DNA of 64,000 nucleotides from Octopus sinensis (lineage: Eukaryota): positions 8,060,001 to 8,124,000 of the forward strand of contig NC_043000.1 in NCBI RefSeq assembly GCF_006345805.1, in the 5' to 3' direction. The notes beneath the pieces are model-generated. The model had not been told where the DNA came from and searched no databases. It saw only the letters and a list, made by a program, of their open reading frames with translations. Below, piece after piece: positions 61,540-64,000 of the stretch. Position numbers and translations under genes: made by a program. The number at the start of each line of letters is the position of its first letter. Position 1 is the first letter of the stretch.

Positions 61540-64000
61540 CACATGGTTCTCTCTTTCCCAAACAGAAAATCTAAATGTCTTGTGTTTGAATGAGATTGCC
61601 GAAAAAACATCACAAGTGGTCAACACACATCCGTCAAACAGATTCGTAGCAAGTTGAAACATATCGAAGTATCTTTCAAACTGATAAGAGGCCATTATGA
61701 AAAGCTTCTACATATTTTCACAGTTCAAGAACAACAACAGCTAGAAAATCAGCAGCCACAACAACAACAACAACAGAATGAACCACTCCTGGTTCCCAGC
61801 ACAATGGCTGACCCTGACATCGGTCAGGCACAACAACAACAACAACAGCCACAGCAACAAGAACAACAACAGCCACTCCTCAACTCTAGCTTACTAGACG
61901 ATTCACTAAATGCCAGTATCTTTTCACCGCTCTCACAGCAACCACCACAATTATCATCATCATCATCACCACACGCTGCCACCATCGTCTTCTATCACAC
62001 AAAAATACCAACAGAAAACCAAATAAGAAACCACTGCCCTCTTCCCCACATCACCACCTCAATACTACTGCAGTAACAAAAACTTAAAGAAACATAGGAA
62101 GCAGAATGCGCCCCCCACGGCACAAACAAGAAATCCCCAAATATGCCGCTATTCACTGCGCCAGAGACTCTGCACAAATAGTGACTGCATCTTCATCACG
62201 CATCTACCCGGCACTAGACGCACTACCGCCAAGGCCAAAGCACGCATCCCACAATAACATCAACACCACCAAATAGTAAATCGAAATTCAAAACACACAC
62301 AACTCGGAGTCCCAAAATCTGCCGGTATTCCCAACGTGAGAGAACATGTCTACTGAGTGACTGTCCCTTCACTCATCTTCCAGGGACCCGACGCACAAAC
62401 AGAAACAGGGCCTGAAGCCAACACACAAACCTGAATAAAATAAAAAATAGAACACACCATGCTGCAGTAATGCTGGTCCAGTCTTTTCAGGAAGACACAA
62501 AACAACAACAACAAAAGTGGAAACTACAACCCTATCCAACAGTGCAACCACACCTCCAGCCAAAAACTGCTCCCTAAGCAGGAAAATTCTTTTTTAGCCA
62601 TGTTGAACATGGCAAAAGAGATACGCAAAAACATTCTAGCCATCACTCAACACCATCCTATGCTATTACCCCTGCACCCAATCCCCACATTGCTGCCACT
62701 AACACACACAAAAATCCAAGCCCCCTGCAACAGTCAAAACCAGCCACTACACTAACCTCCACATTCCTACTCAATGCACAAGGTGTCAGCCCTTCCATCA
62801 ATGCACAAAAATGGAAGGTCCAATTCATTGAAGACTGGGTTGGTAACCATCCACACCACATCCCTTTCTTCATTCTCACTGAGACCCACCTTGACAACTC
62901 CCACTTGGAAGCCGAAGTGAGAGTGAAGAATTTCACAACCATCCGCGCGGATCGTATCGGCAGGAGGAAGGGTGGAACTGCCATTTTCCTGCATGATTCA
63001 TTTACGGCAGATGGAAATAGTATATTCTCCAACGGCTACTGTGAATCAGTCACCGTGCACAACAAAGCCAATGACCTGACAGTAATTGGGCTCTATAGGC
63101 CGCCCCAAACACCCATACTGTGCTTTAAAGAATGCCTCAACAGCATTAAGTGCTTTATTCAACAGTGCCATTCTAGCAACATACTCATGATGGGAGACTT
63201 CAATCTACCCTGTGTTGACTGGACTACAAACTGTTTGAAACCAAGCACTCCCCCGCCTCAACCGCTGACAAAGAAGCAGCAGAGTCACTTTTCGACTTTA
63301 CGAATGAGTTTTTCTTGTCCCAACTTGTCCTTGCACCAACAAGACATCAGAACATTTTGGACCTAGTGTTTAGTAACCACACTAACACTATACATAACGT
63401 TACAGTGGAAAAAACCCTTCTTTCAGACCATGACATGGTTCTCTGTAACATGAAATTCCACCAGCGGAAAGCTAATCCCAGTGACCTTCCTCCAGCCCAC
63501 CCATTTGACAACATGGATCTCCATAAAGCCAACTGGGATGCAATCAGGAACGAGCTATCAAATGTTGACTGGTCCTTTACACATACACACATCTCCACCA
63601 ACCATAAAACATCTTGGCAGATCTTTGTAGACACCGTCACAGACATATGTGCAAAACACTCCCCACCAAGACCTGTGAACAAAAAGTGCAGAATCCACCA
63701 AACCAGAAAAACCATTATCAGAAAAATAAAAAGAACAAACAAAAAATTAACAAACTAAAGTACTGCCAACAGCAATACACCATTCGACGGCTATCGCACT
63801 GCTTGAATCCAAAAAATATAACCTCCAACAATGCATGAAGACCCTCATCAATAACCAAAGATCAGCTGAGGAGAAGTGGGCCATTGAAAAAATCAAACTC
63901 AACCCCAAGTGTTCTTTTCATTTGCGAGGAAACGCAGGGTCACTGTCCTCCACTGTAGGCCCTCTAATTGACGAAACTGGCACTCTCCAGATAATGCCAA
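61540..64000 (+). mobile_element. CR1/L2-group LINE, ORF1 remnant plus APE endonuclease, truncated by window end
   Basis: ORF1 with Q-rich tract, CCCH-type modules and FLAMLNMAKEI; APE: FLNAQG, LTETHL, IRADR..RKGGTAIF, GLYRPP, MGDFNLPCVDW, PTRHQNILDLVF, SDHDMV; IK.NPK motif; frameshifts and stops; 5' boundary uncertain. Confidence 0.88.

Noticed and set aside
61654-62076. Q-rich 140-aa ORF as a host transcription-factor exon
   Set aside because: Lies directly upstream of the LINE zinc-finger and APE regions in the same orientation; best explained as ORF1 with CAA repeat expansion

Overview
Eukaryotic, AT- and microsatellite-rich, almost entirely repetitive DNA. The repeat families (tRNA-headed SINEs, RTE 3' ends with (GAT)n tails, long (TA)n/(CATA)n tracts) look like an octopus (cephalopod) genome; this is inference, not a database match. 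No host protein-coding gene is confidently identifiable, only two weak exon candidates. Most ORF-track entries are microsatellite artefacts. Recognisable content: many SINE copies of 4-5 families; a near full-length RTE LINE (33815-37466, minus) with a PHD-type finger inside its RT region, plus many 5'-truncated copies of its 3' UTR; two other RTE families; two R4/Dong-type RLE LINE remnants; a CR1/L2-group LINE running off the right edge; a full-length mariner with perfect 37-bp TIRs; other mariner/Tc1 remnants including a fold-back DD41D element; Helitrons (one carrying an open PIF1-helicase fragment); and a decayed Penelope-like element (PLE). The most interesting signal is a set of minimal hammerhead-ribozyme folds, probably from PLE terminal repeats. 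One has a fully intact core and a long stem II. Two families replace the C3-G8 core pair with compensatory U3-A8 or G3-C8 pairs. Several lie next to inverted copies of themselves. All folds were derived by eye and none is tested. Coordinates of decayed elements are approximate.
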